The notes: generated by a model not told the origin, from the letters alone. Shown: positions 10,201 to 19,084, counted from the stretch's first letter. The stretch: DNA of 64,000 bases from Candidatus Hydrogenedentota bacterium (GCA_045863335.1 BTVY01000003.1:64001-128000); one strand, 5' to 3'. Program-made: numbers and translations.

Positions 10201-10539
10201 TTCGACGCCAATTCGAAGCAGGGAGACGAAGAGGTCCACGTTCCTGCGAGAGGCCCCCGAATCCACCGTCTGTTCAATCGGGATTTAGTGGAATTAGAGC
10301 ATCAAGGAACTCGTAGGATCTTCTACATACAGAAGATGTCTGCAAATCAAATTGCCCTGGCGGAGCACTTCGAGGCGAATGCGGATAGTCGAACACGGGA
10401 CAAGGAGGATCCGTTCCGGTTTGTCTACAAAGGGGGGGCAGAACAGTTGCGACGTTCCATGGCGCGATTTCTGGTGGTCACTCCAGCGGGCAAGATTCGC
10501 TACATTTCGGACCAACCCGATGATACGGCGAGCAGTTGA
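7249..10539 (+). CDS. cas9: Type II-C CRISPR endonuclease Cas9 (1096 aa)
   Basis: RuvC-I LDIGTNSIGW, Arg-rich bridge helix, QRRGFKSNRK, RuvC-II IHVEVLRD, HNH EIDHILPFSRTLDDS..N......N..K, RuvC-III NHALDA; no csn2 or cas4 in the locus. Confidence 0.97.
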   Translation: MTQYRLSLDIGTNSIGWCALTLEKTNERLHPVGILDMGVRVFPDGRNPKDGSSNAVKRRLARSMRRNRDRYLERRTRLLETLVELGLMPTGENERRRLVTLDPYALRARGLNERLTLFELGRAIFHLNQRRGFKSNRKQDAKDKESGIIKTAIQGQRSKMDAACARTYGEYLFLRRGKGEDVRARLRTVRITEDNGREKNQEYYDIYPSRENIEEELNTLWQTQAVYYPEALTEDGRKEIRNIIIDQRDLKKPAVGKCTFERDEDRAPKASPLVQRCRIYQELNHLTIIDTRTLKGRALRIEERDKLAALLCQPRGSKKTKPEVSFEKMRGILGFESSVFSLESDNRTGLEGDATSAFLAHKDRLGRRWYELSDEDQEGVVSALLDMSDEEELIEFLMDRFSLDREHAENTSNTFLPDGYSRLGKSATHKILSQLVDEVIPYSEAVVRAGYSSHSLFSTGDARERLPYYGQVLERHVVPDPEKGGHPAVSNEKRYGKVTNPTVHIALNQLRKVVNEIIKLYGKPAEIHVEVLRDLKNSIKRKREIEAEQKANKDINAECARRLREEFNLVVNRENIQRLRLFSELDPTNRVCVYSGGSITARNLFTPEVEIDHILPFSRTLDDSMSNRILCLREANRGKSNASPFEAWGNSNDWGDILSRSALLAKNKRWRFAEDAMARYEKEGDFIARQLTDSQYIAKLARAYLAVLYPQDSSHKVVCIPGRLTGMFRHHFGLDSVLDEVNPARKESGAPLGEKNRNDHRNHALDALIVGLMDRAFLQRAARANAIQEHAGVQGVLTGFEEPWSDFRASARDAIAKIVVSHKLDHGIEDALHNQTAYGFARRADSRGNAIHRIAVSDLKVTSIRYIRGRLLRSQLVAALSGLSQQEAYSLLEELDSGRNDPKTTLESICDSDGKGSKDIEMRAQAYFRSRGVRRIRLIEPIKLIPIRDKEGAVYKGFKPDRNAYLDVFESDNGGGWIGDPVTCFDANSKQGDEEVHVPARGPRIHRLFNRDLVELEHQGTRRIFYIQKMSANQIALAEHFEANADSRTRDKEDPFRFVYKGGAEQLRRSMARFLVVTPAGKIRYISDQPDDTASS

Positions 10540-11428
10540 AGTCTCGGGTGACGGTCGCCACATTCGCAAGGAACGCGGGTTCCTACTCGTGTGCGATAGA
10601 GACGGTGAGCTTGGTCGGTTTCCATTGGATGATTTGGAGGTCGTTCTATTTGCAGGTCATGGTATGACTTGCACAGGCGAAATTCTGAATACGCTTGCGG
10701 CTCGCTGCATACCTCTCGTGATATGTGACCAGCGGTATCTTCCTTCTTCACTGCTTTGGCCTGTGGAAAGTCATTCACTTCAATCTGGTCGCATCCGTGC
10801 TCAATCCGAATTGTCGGACGCTACGAGAAAGCGACTTTGGCGGCAAATTGTCCAGGCCAAGATTCGAAACCAGCACGAAGTCCTCACGCTATGCACCGGC
10901 ACGTTACATCCGAAACTTGTCGAACTTGCAAAGGGCGTTCGCTCAGGGGACGCATCCAATTCCGAAGGCGAGGCAGCGCGGTTCTATTGGCCTGCTTTAT
11001 TCGGACCCGGATTTCGTAGGGATCGCAATCGAGAGGGCACCAACGCGTTGCTCAACTACGGATACACCGTGCTTCGTGCGGCAGTCTCCCGGAGTGTCAT
11101 GATGGCGGGATTGCACCCCGCGTTTGGGCTACATCACAGGAATCAGCGAAATACCATGCCGTTAATTGATGATCTAATCGAGCCGTTCCGTCCGTATGTT
11201 GATCTCCTGGTTTTTGGCATCCAAGCCGGCGCAGAGGATAGGCCGCAACTGGACTCGCTGGCGAAGGAGCGGTTGATCGGAATTACCGGAATCGATTTGA
11301 CGTACAACAGTGTGGCAAGCCCTGTTTCGGAATGTCTGCTTCGGTTGGCGCGGTCGTTAGTCGACATCTGTGAAAGCAGAACTCAAAAACTGAAATTGCC
11401 GGATGGAGTTCACACGTTGGCGGAGTAG
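10520..11428 (+). CDS. cas1: CRISPR-associated endonuclease Cas1
   Basis: EGEAARFYW, NALLNYGYTVLRA, GLHH, DDLIEPFRPYVD; likely start ATG 10520 overlapping the cas9 end. Confidence 0.95.
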   Translation: MIRRAVEVSGDGRHIRKERGFLLVCDRDGELGRFPLDDLEVVLFAGHGMTCTGEILNTLAARCIPLVICDQRYLPSSLLWPVESHSLQSGRIRAQSELSDATRKRLWRQIVQAKIRNQHEVLTLCTGTLHPKLVELAKGVRSGDASNSEGEAARFYWPALFGPGFRRDRNREGTNALLNYGYTVLRAAVSRSVMMAGLHPAFGLHHRNQRNTMPLIDDLIEPFRPYVDLLVFGIQAGAEDRPQLDSLAKERLIGITGIDLTYNSVASPVSECLLRLARSLVDICESRTQKLKLPDGVHTLAE

Positions 11429-11433
11429 CCTTT

Positions 11434-11787
11434 ATGTGCGATGGCAATTTGCCTATCACGCAGCGGAGCGGATATCGGATCATGTGGATGTTGACAATGT
11501 TCGATTTGCCGGTCGTGCACAAACTGGAACGTAAGGAGGCCACGCGATTTCGCCAGGACCTCTTGGATATGGGCTTCGAAATGGCGCAGTTCTCAGTCTA
11601 TATGCGGTGTTGCGTTACCCGGGAGAGAACAGACGCCCTGATCAACCGTGTCCGCAAATCACTCCCCACCGGAGGAAAGGTCGCAATTCTCCTGTTTACC
11701 GACAAACAGTATGAGAATATGCTGCACTTCATCGCTGGTAAGCCCGCCGTCCTTCCCTCAGTGGAAGGGCAACTCGCACTATTCTAG
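11434..11787 (+). CDS. cas2: CRISPR-associated endoribonuclease Cas2
   Basis: SGYRIMWMLTMFDLPV...GFEMAQFSVY...TDKQYENM. Confidence 0.95.
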   Translation: MCDGNLPITQRSGYRIMWMLTMFDLPVVHKLERKEATRFRQDLLDMGFEMAQFSVYMRCCVTRERTDALINRVRKSLPTGGKVAILLFTDKQYENMLHFIAGKPAVLPSVEGQLALF

Positions 11788-11870
11788 CCAGAACGCGACA
11801 GGGTCTGCCTGTTTCCGGTTGACACGAATCTACGGAAACCTCTGCCATAAAACGGCTTAGATGCCCCTCT

Positions 11871-14846
11871 ATTGTAGAAGGGCTGCAAAATGGGGTCAAG
11901 CCGCAACTTAGCCTTGCACACTGCCTTTAAAGCATCCATTGTAGAAGGGCTGCAAAATGGGGTCAAGCCGCAACGGCGCCGTGGTTCTGGATCAAACGCA
12001 GTTCATTGTAGAAGGGCTGCAAAATGGGGTCAAGCCGCAACGAGCGCGGTTTTGTCCCATAGCGTTCGAACATTGTAGAAGGGCTGCAAAATGGGGTCAA
12101 GCCGCAACTGGTCGTGAATATCCAAACCACGTGATCGGATTGAAGAAGGGCTGCACAATGGGGTCAAGCCGCAACATGCTCGCGGCCGTCGAGAAGCGCG
12201 CCAGCATTGTAGAAGGGCTGCAAAATGGGGTCAAGCCGCAACTATGCGTCGTTGATCTCAATGGGAACATTTATTGTAGAAGGGCTGCAAAATGGGGTCA
12301 AGCCGCAACTTTCCGACGCGCATAACGCAAGCCCCGATCATTGTAGAAGGGCTGCAAAATGGGGTCAAGCCGCAACATGACGGAATTCTTGAGCACCACG
12401 ACAAATTGTAGAAGGGCTGCAAAATGGGGTCAAGCCGCAACCAATGCATCGAGATCGCGTCAACGATGGGCATTGTAGAAGGGCTGCAAAATGGGGTCAA
12501 GCCGCAACGAGTTCTGCCAGCGCCCCGAGGAAGGTTCCATTGTAGAAGGGCTGCAAAATGGGGTCAAGCCGCAACAGGACGGTGCCCAGGGCCTGGGGGA
12601 ACACGATTGTAGAAGGGCTGCAAAATGGGGTCAAGCCGCAACCGCGAAGAGTGTCAGGCGATACTCGTCGGAATTGTAGAAGGGCTGCAAAATGGGGTCA
12701 AGCCGCAACAGTCGGACCCTGCATGATAAATTCACACTTATTGTAGAAGGGCTGCAAAATGGGGTCAAGCCGCAACAAATAAGTGACAGCAGTGCCGCCG
12801 GGATCGATTGTAGAAGGGCTGCAAAATGGGGTCAAGCCGCAACGGGATTTGTACTCGCGTTATAGGCGCTTGCATTGTAGAAGGGCTGCAAAATGGGGTC
12901 AAGCCGCAACACTGGTCCAGTTACATCGCCACCAGAAGCTATTGTAGAAGGGCTGCAAAATGGGGTCAAGCCGCAACACTATCAATAAGAGGCTGGCACC
13001 TCAGTAATTGTAGAAGGGCTGCAAAATGGGGTCAAGCCGCAACACTTCGGGCTTCCGGGTATCGCCTGCGACAATTGTAGAAGGGCTGCAAAATGGGGTC
13101 AAGCCGCAACAGCAAGGCAGATGATATCCGTGATTTGTATATTGTAGAAGGGCTGCAAAATGGGGTCAAGCCGCAACACCTTTGGAGGATTCCAGTCGTT
13201 ACCAAGTATTGTAGAAGGGCTGCAAAATGGGGTCAAGCCGCAACCTACCCAGGGGACGAGGAATGAAACGCTCGATTGTAGAAGGGCTGCAAAATGGGGT
13301 CAAGCCGCAACGTGGCAGTGAACAGATTCGGCCATCTCACGATTGTAGAAGGGCTGCAAAATGGGGTCAAGCCGCAACAGAAGGAAATGCAGGGGCTCAG
13401 GACGCAGGATTGTAGAAGGGCTGCAAAATGGGGTCAAGCCGCAACTGTTGGTCACGGGAGGGTACGACTGGCAGGATTGTAGAAGGGCTGCAAAATGGGG
13501 TCAAGCCGCAACCAATTAGGACAGCACACGCCACTGTGCAGATTGTAGAAGGGCTGCAAAATGGGGTCAAGCCGCAACAGCCTCCAAGCAAAGGGAACGC
13601 GACACCGAATTGTAGAAGGGCTGCAAAATGGGGTCAAGCCGCAACGGTCAACGCCTGTGTCCGCAGCTACCGTCGATTGTAGAAGGGCTGCAAAATGGGG
13701 TCAAGCCGCAACAATGCGAACGTCGTCCACAGCCCGTTGAATATTGTAGAAGGGCTGCAAAATGGGGTCAAGCCGCAACCCCGCGCTACAAGGAATTGTT
13801 CGCCATTCATTGTAGAAGGGCTGCAAAATGGGGTCAAGCCGCAACGCAATCGTATCGGCGCGGATATATCCCGTCATTGTAGAAGGGCTGCAAAATGGGG
13901 TCAAGCCGCAACAGTGCTACAGGTCTTCCTGTTGCGACGATCATTGTAGAAGGGCTGCAAAATGGGGTCAAGCCGCAACACGCCAGATAGAACTGAGCCG
14001 CCTCGGTTCATTGTAGAAGGGCTGCAAAATGGGGTCAAGCCGCAACCAAAGCTGTTAGCTTTTCTGCATAATGTTAATTGTAGAAGGGCTGCAAAATGGG
14101 GTCAAGCCGCAACGATCGGCAAGGCGTATTTGTTCCGCCTTGATTGTAGAAGGGCTGCAAAATGGGGTCAAGCCGCAACCCGTCGCTATCGACTGCGGTG
14201 AACGAGTCATTGTAGAAGGGCTGCAAAATGGGGTCAAGCCGCAACGGCTCAGGGCGGCGCGTGCAGGAGGTTAAAATTGTAGAAGGGCTGCAAAATGGGG
14301 TCAAGCCGCAACTCATTACCTGACCGCAACCTCCTGGGTCGTATTGTAGAAGGGCTGCAAAATGGGGTCAAGCCGCAACGGGCGGCTCGTGTACCTCGTC
14401 GTAGAATACATTGTAGAAGGGCTGCAAAATGGGGTCAAGCCGCAACTCGTGCGGGTTGTTCGGGTAGCGCCGGTTCATTGTAGAAGGGCTGCAAAATGGG
14501 GTCAAGCCGCAACGGCCGCCGCCAAAACGGATTCAACTGTCTAATTGTAGAAGGGCTGCAAAATGGGGTCAAGCCGCAACTCCCATGGCTGGTTGTTGTA
14601 CTGAAGCTCGATTGTAGAAGGGCTGCAAAATGGGGTCAAGCCGCAACTGTTTTTCGTGTAGTGTTTCCAGCTTGTAATTGTAGAAGGGCTGCAAAATGGG
14701 GTCAAGCCGCAACAAGCTACTGAAGGCGACGTAATTGCGCGATATTGTAGAAGGGCTGCAAAATGGGGTCAAGCCGCAACTTCCTTCACCGGGCCAGTAC
14801 AAGGAAACGATTGTAGAAGGGCTGCAAAATGGGGTCAAGCCGCAAC
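11871..14846 (-). CRISPR. CRISPR array: 45 repeats (37 nt, +strand ATTGTAGAAGGGCTGCAAAATGGGGTCAAGCCGCAAC), 44 spacers of 28-30 nt
   Basis: Counted by eye; period mostly 67 nt. crRNA strand inferred as minus from tracrRNA complementarity and GTT...ACAAT polarity. Confidence 0.98.
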
Positions 14847-14964
14847 TGATCGAGGGTCAAATCGCGAACACCGGATAGCAACCCATCTGTGACGTTTTTG
14901 TGACGCGCCGAGTTTCTGCGGTCGTAAAGTACTGCGGGGCAAGTGCCCCGAGGTCATCGAACCT

Positions 14965-15002
14965 CTAAGGATTAGATGCGTGTTCGATTCACGCTCGGGG
15001 CA
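14965..15002 (+). repeat. Duplicate of tRNA-Arg 3' half (attR-like, 36/38 identical)
   Basis: CTAAGGATTAGATGCGTGTTCGATTCACGCTCGGGGCA vs tRNA 7005-7042 CTAAGGATTAGATCCGTGTTCGATTCACGGTCGGGGCA. Confidence 0.9.
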
Positions 15003-15175
15003 CTTGACTCCCTTTTGTCCTATGCTTGACAGGTCTTGCCTGGCCGGTTCTTGGGAGCGACCAACGTTGTAGCGAAATATTCCGGGTCGGAATATCGTTC
15101 TTTAGATGAAGGGTCGTTGAGAATCTCCGACGCAACGTTTGCAAAGGTCCAGACGATTCCCCAATCGAAAACTCC

Positions 15176-15844
15176 TTGGAGATCTACCCCATACAAAGCA
15201 ATACGCTCAAGCGATTTGGCAGTCAGCAGGGCGCCGCGGCCTATGCCGCAAAGTTTGAGTCGCAGTGGGTGGAACGCATCCGCAACGGCCACGAGCAACG
15301 GCTCGTCAATGACTTCCTTTCTATGATTCCCGCGTCCGATTTCTCAGGGTTCGTGTTGGATATGCCATGCGGCTTCGGCCGTTTTCTTCCGTCGTTGCGA
15401 GAGTTTGCGCCGCGCGTCGTCGAGGGTGACTGGAGCGGATCCATGTTGGAGATCGTCAGATCCCGACATCCAGGGATGGCCCCTGAGATGGTTCGGTCAT
15501 CGGCAACGACGCTTCCTTTCGCTTCTCGCAGTTTTAGCCTGGTCTTCTCAGTTCGCTTGTGTCACCACATTCAAACATTTGAGCAAAGACTAGAGTATCT
15601 TAGGGAAATCCAGCGAGTGTCGGAGCGCTGGATTATCGTCACGTACTTGGACGAGCACTCCTGACACAATGCCGTTCGGTCGAGACTGCGCCGGTGGAAG
15701 GGGAAACGTGCGACTTGGGGCATGTCGGCTGATGAGGTCGCTGGCGTTTTCGCTTCGGGCGGCTTTCAGGTAGTCCGGTCCGAAATGCTTTCAAAATTCC
15801 TGTCGAGCCAGCGCTACACCCTCTTGCGCCGAAACGGACGCTAG
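15176..15844 (+). pseudogene. Class I SAM methyltransferase interrupted by in-frame TGA at 15662
   Basis: VLDMPCGFGRF motif I, LPFASRSFSLVFSVR; frame continues 59 codons past the TGA to TAG at 15842. Confidence 0.65.
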
Positions 15845-15922
15845 ATTCGTTTGCTCCCGCCGTCTCATTTCGAGATTTTCAAGCCGCGTGAACACGCTGA
15901 GGGTTCCCATGCATAATCGAGT

Positions 15923-16645
15923 ATGCGCAACGCGAATGCGCACGCGAAAGAGAGTATGGACACGAAGAAGTTTTCACGACACGCCCGCGGGCTTCAGGGC
16001 CTCACGCTGCTCTATGAAGACGAGGCAATTCTGGTCGTCGACAAATCGGCGGGACTCTTGACGGTAGGGACCGATAACGAGCGTACGAAGACGGCCTACT
16101 ATCGGCTCACCGATTACGTGCGGAAGGGAAACGCCAAGTCGCGGAACCGCATCTTCATCGTGCACCGCCTCGACCGGGAAGTCTCCGGGATTCTCGTCTT
16201 TGCCAAGACACCGGAAGCCAAAGAGCGCCTCCAGCGGCAATGGGACCAGACGGAGAAGAAGTACCTGGCCGTCGTCCACGGCCATCCGAAAGAAGATTCT
16301 GGCACGATTACCTCGTACCTCGCCGAGAACCGGGCTCATGTCGTCTACTCGACTCAGAACCAGAAGCTGGGGAAGTTGTCACACACCGGATACCGCGTAC
16401 TCAAGCAATCGCGCGAGTTCAGCCTGCTTGAAATCACGCTCATCACGGGACGAAAGCATCAAATCCGCGTACACCTCGCGGATATCCGGCATCCGATCGT
16501 AGGCGACAGGAAGTACGGCGAGAAAGACAAGGCGCACAAACGCATTGCGCTGCACGCGCTATCCATCGCATTCCGTCATCCGGTAAGCGGAGAGCAGGCC
16601 TTCTTTGAAACCACCGTCCCTGCCTATTTCAAGTCGCTGCTCTGA
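15923..16645 (+). CDS. RluA-family RNA pseudouridine synthase
   Basis: VVDKSAGLL, IVHRLDREVSG, TGRKHQIRVH, HPIVGDRKYG, LHA. Confidence 0.93.
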   Translation: MRNANAHAKESMDTKKFSRHARGLQGLTLLYEDEAILVVDKSAGLLTVGTDNERTKTAYYRLTDYVRKGNAKSRNRIFIVHRLDREVSGILVFAKTPEAKERLQRQWDQTEKKYLAVVHGHPKEDSGTITSYLAENRAHVVYSTQNQKLGKLSHTGYRVLKQSREFSLLEITLITGRKHQIRVHLADIRHPIVGDRKYGEKDKAHKRIALHALSIAFRHPVSGEQAFFETTVPAYFKSLL

Positions 16646-16684
16646 ATAACGGACGCCGCGTGCAAGACGGTCCCAGTCCAACAC

Positions 16685-16819
16685 CTACGCCTGAATCGCG
16701 GGCAGCAGCAAACCGATCAATATCCGCACAATCTCAAAAAAGACCTCGAGTATGCTGCCGGCACTATCGAGAATGCCGCCAATCACGATTGTCCCGCCGT
16801 CCGGAATGAGCACCTTCAT
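16685..16819 (-). CDS. Small hydrophobic peptide (44 aa) MKVLIPDGGTIVIGGILD...
   Basis: AGGGAGG RBS before ATG; amphipathic/hydrophobic C-terminal helix. Confidence 0.5.
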   Translation of the reverse strand: MKVLIPDGGTIVIGGILDSAGSILEVFFEIVRILIGLLLPAIQA

Positions 16820-17237
16820 AGCCGCCTCCCTTGTTGTTGCCTTATCCAGTGTTGACCGTTGAACGTAGTTACAAACACCGAGACGCAACGTTTCAGGCCG
16901 GCACTTGCTCCGGCTCGCACGTCTGAGACAGCCTCGTGCCGTGACGGGAAGACAGCGTCTACTTCAAGGGTTCCCGAGGAATTTGAATTGCGGGCAGAAG
17001 CAGCCCGATCAAGATCTGGAAAATGATCGCCAGAATGCGCCCAAAATTATCCCGCCACACCTCGAAGTCTGATGCGTCGACCGACATGTTAGTCCTCCCT
17101 TTCATGCGCTTGGCAGCGCCATTCCACGCTTGCGTTCCAGCACTTGCAGGAAGGAGTGTATCCTGAGTCCCGGCGATGCAACAAGGCGGTGATCGCGCCA
17201 GCCCGGCACGAGGAGTGATTGCGTTGGCGGCTGAACG

Positions 17238-18539
17238 CTACAACACCCATGGCGCGCGCATGGGGCGGGCGCACATGCCATTCGCGATGTCATCGTCCGC
17301 AAAACGTTCGGTCGACGGATCGAACTGAAGCGGACGTTGTAGCCGCCCGGCGATGTCCGCGATCATGCCGAAGTACGAAGCCCGCAATCCCGATTCAACC
17401 GGGGCGACCGGATCTCGGCGGCTCTTCACGGATGCCACGAAGTCGTGTTGGTGATGATCGCTGGCGTGCAGCCGCGTGTCGTCAGGGCCAAACCCGATCT
17501 CCAGCAGCGACGCCGGTTCCGATTTAATCCCCTGGCGGTTTACATGCACCCAGCCCTCGCTGCCAACAAAGCGACAGCCTTGCTCGTGCGGGTGGCCCGT
17601 GTCGGAGAAGCTCATACGGAGGCCATCGTTGTACACGTACTCCGCCTGCCACCCATTGATGTTGTCGGTCAATCCGTCGTTTCGGTAGTCCGCTGTGCAG
17701 GTCAGCTCAAACGGCTGCTCCGCCAGCCGCGGACAACCCCACAGGGCGATGTCGAGATGATGCACGCCCCAGTTCACGATGAATCCCGCGCAGTAGTCCC
17801 AGATCAGGTACCAGTCCGGCCAACTGATCCGTCCTTCGTTATAGGGTTTCATCGGCGCCGGACCCACGTACATGGCGTAATCGAAGCCCGGCGGCACGGG
17901 CTGCGGTCCGGTGTCTCCGGTATATTCTCGCTGGTAGGAGGGACCGGGCGCGGCCACTTCAACCGTATGAAGGTCGCCGAGGTAACCGTTTCGTGCCAGT
18001 TCACACGCGAGCCGGAAGTCCGCGCCGGAACGCTGCTGCGTACCGGTCTGGAAAATGACGTTGTTCTTCCGTACCGCCTCGCGGATGAGCTGACACTCAC
18101 GGACCGAAACGCCCAATGGTTTCTCGCAATAGATGTCCTTGCCGCGCGCTGCCGCCGCCGTCGCCATCAACGCGTGCCAGTGATCCTGCGGCGCGATTAG
18201 AACGGCATCCACATCGTCTCGCTCCAGGACTTCCCGGAAGTCGTTGTACTTCGCGCATCCGCCGTTACCTGACTCACGGTCGTAGAACGTGTTCACCGCC
18301 TGGGCGGCGCGTTCGCGCCACTCTTCCATCACGTTGCACACTGCAACAACCTCGATGTCCGCCTCAGGCAGGAACTCGCCCATGACCTGGGTCCCGCGCC
18401 GTCCTGCACCGAGCACGGCCAGGTTGACGCGATCGTTTGCCCCCTTGGCTCGTGCCGGCAAGATTAGCGGTGCCGCGACCGCAATCGCGGCCGTTCGCAG
18501 GAAATCTCGTCGTGTTGGATTGCCGTTGCGGGTTCGCAT
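17238..18539 (-). CDS. Tat-exported Gfo/Idh/MocA oxidoreductase
   Basis: TRRDFL Tat motif, GAGRRG, DHWH, YCEKP, GTQQRS, WGVHHLD. Confidence 0.92.
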   Translation of the reverse strand: MRTRNGNPTRRDFLRTAAIAVAAPLILPARAKGANDRVNLAVLGAGRRGTQVMGEFLPEADIEVVAVCNVMEEWRERAAQAVNTFYDRESGNGGCAKYNDFREVLERDDVDAVLIAPQDHWHALMATAAAARGKDIYCEKPLGVSVRECQLIREAVRKNNVIFQTGTQQRSGADFRLACELARNGYLGDLHTVEVAAPGPSYQREYTGDTGPQPVPPGFDYAMYVGPAPMKPYNEGRISWPDWYLIWDYCAGFIVNWGVHHLDIALWGCPRLAEQPFELTCTADYRNDGLTDNINGWQAEYVYNDGLRMSFSDTGHPHEQGCRFVGSEGWVHVNRQGIKSEPASLLEIGFGPDDTRLHASDHHQHDFVASVKSRRDPVAPVESGLRASYFGMIADIAGRLQRPLQFDPSTERFADDDIANGMCARPMRAPWVL

Positions 18540-18669
18540 GATGATTCCCCCCTGAGTTGCGATGGTTCCGTTGTGAGAAATGTATCGTATTGCTGGGTCC
18601 ATACTGAAATGCGATGGTGCTCGCATGGACCCCACGCTTAAAACGCCCAAACGGAGTTTTGGTAATTGA

Positions 18670-18698
18670 TTGACATAAAATATGATTAGTGCTACTAT
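18670..18698 (+). promoter_or_regulatory. Strong sigma70-type promoter TTGACA-N17-TACTAT with extended -10 TG
   Basis: TTGACATAAAATATGATTAGTGCTACTAT in an AT-rich intergenic region. Confidence 0.7.
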
Positions 18699-18946
18699 GC
18701 TTCGAGATAGGGGCGCGTCTGATGCGCGCAAAAAAGCGAGGTATCACCCATGATCTGCAATTTCCTGCAATACCTGGCCTTCGATTTGAACCTGATAGAT
18801 GTCCCTGTCCTCGGTCTCCTTATGGAGGGACTTCTGGGGCTCTTTGGATGCACCGTAGGCTAGTAGAACGCAGGTTCTAATCGCGTGCGGTAAGCGTAAT
18901 GTCCGGGTTCGCGGCCGCAGAGCGCAGCCGCGAGGAAAGGAAAAGT

Positions 18947-19084
18947 ATGTTTATCTGCCAACTCGTGCCGTTCTTGGATCGCCTGTTCGCCTTGCTTGGC
19001 CTGTACAATGTACCGGGACTGGAAGCCACATTGGTAGGTTTTCTCGAAGCGCTGTACGATTCTGCCGGCTGTAACGACGAATAG
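18947..19084 (+). CDS. Small amphipathic peptide (45 aa) with two Cys
   Basis: AAGGA RBS; MFICQLVPFLDRLFALLGLYNVPGLEATLVGFLEALYDSAGCNDE. Confidence 0.55.
   Translation: MFICQLVPFLDRLFALLGLYNVPGLEATLVGFLEALYDSAGCNDE

Larger units (their letters stand above)
7005..15002. mobile_element. att-bounded island in tRNA-Arg carrying only the CRISPR-Cas9 locus
   Basis: Direct repeat of the tRNA 3' half at both ends; cargo visibly more AT-rich than flanking genes. Confidence 0.7.

Noticed and set aside
10352-10519. N-terminal extension of cas1 in the ORF track
   Set aside because: Overlaps cas9 by ~190 nt; typical II-C Cas1 begins at MIRRAVEV (10520)
14246-14342. Adjacent spacers share a 9-nt reverse complement (CAGGAGGTT/AACCTCCTG)
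   Set aside because: Too short to distinguish from chance among 44 spacers
11908-14809. Self-targeting spacers within the window
   Set aside because: None noticed by eye; a proper alignment is needed, so no claim is made
11784-14838. Many short ORFs (MGSSRN..., MTPFCSPST...) in the ORF track
   Set aside because: Translations of CRISPR repeats, not genes
16770-16819. VLIPDGGTIVIGG resembles a secretin C-domain strand motif
   Set aside because: Only ~13 aa, with no other secretin sequence around it
16890-17237. Riboswitch or gene in the intergenic stretch
   Set aside because: No convincing riboswitch consensus, RBS-supported ORF or motif found
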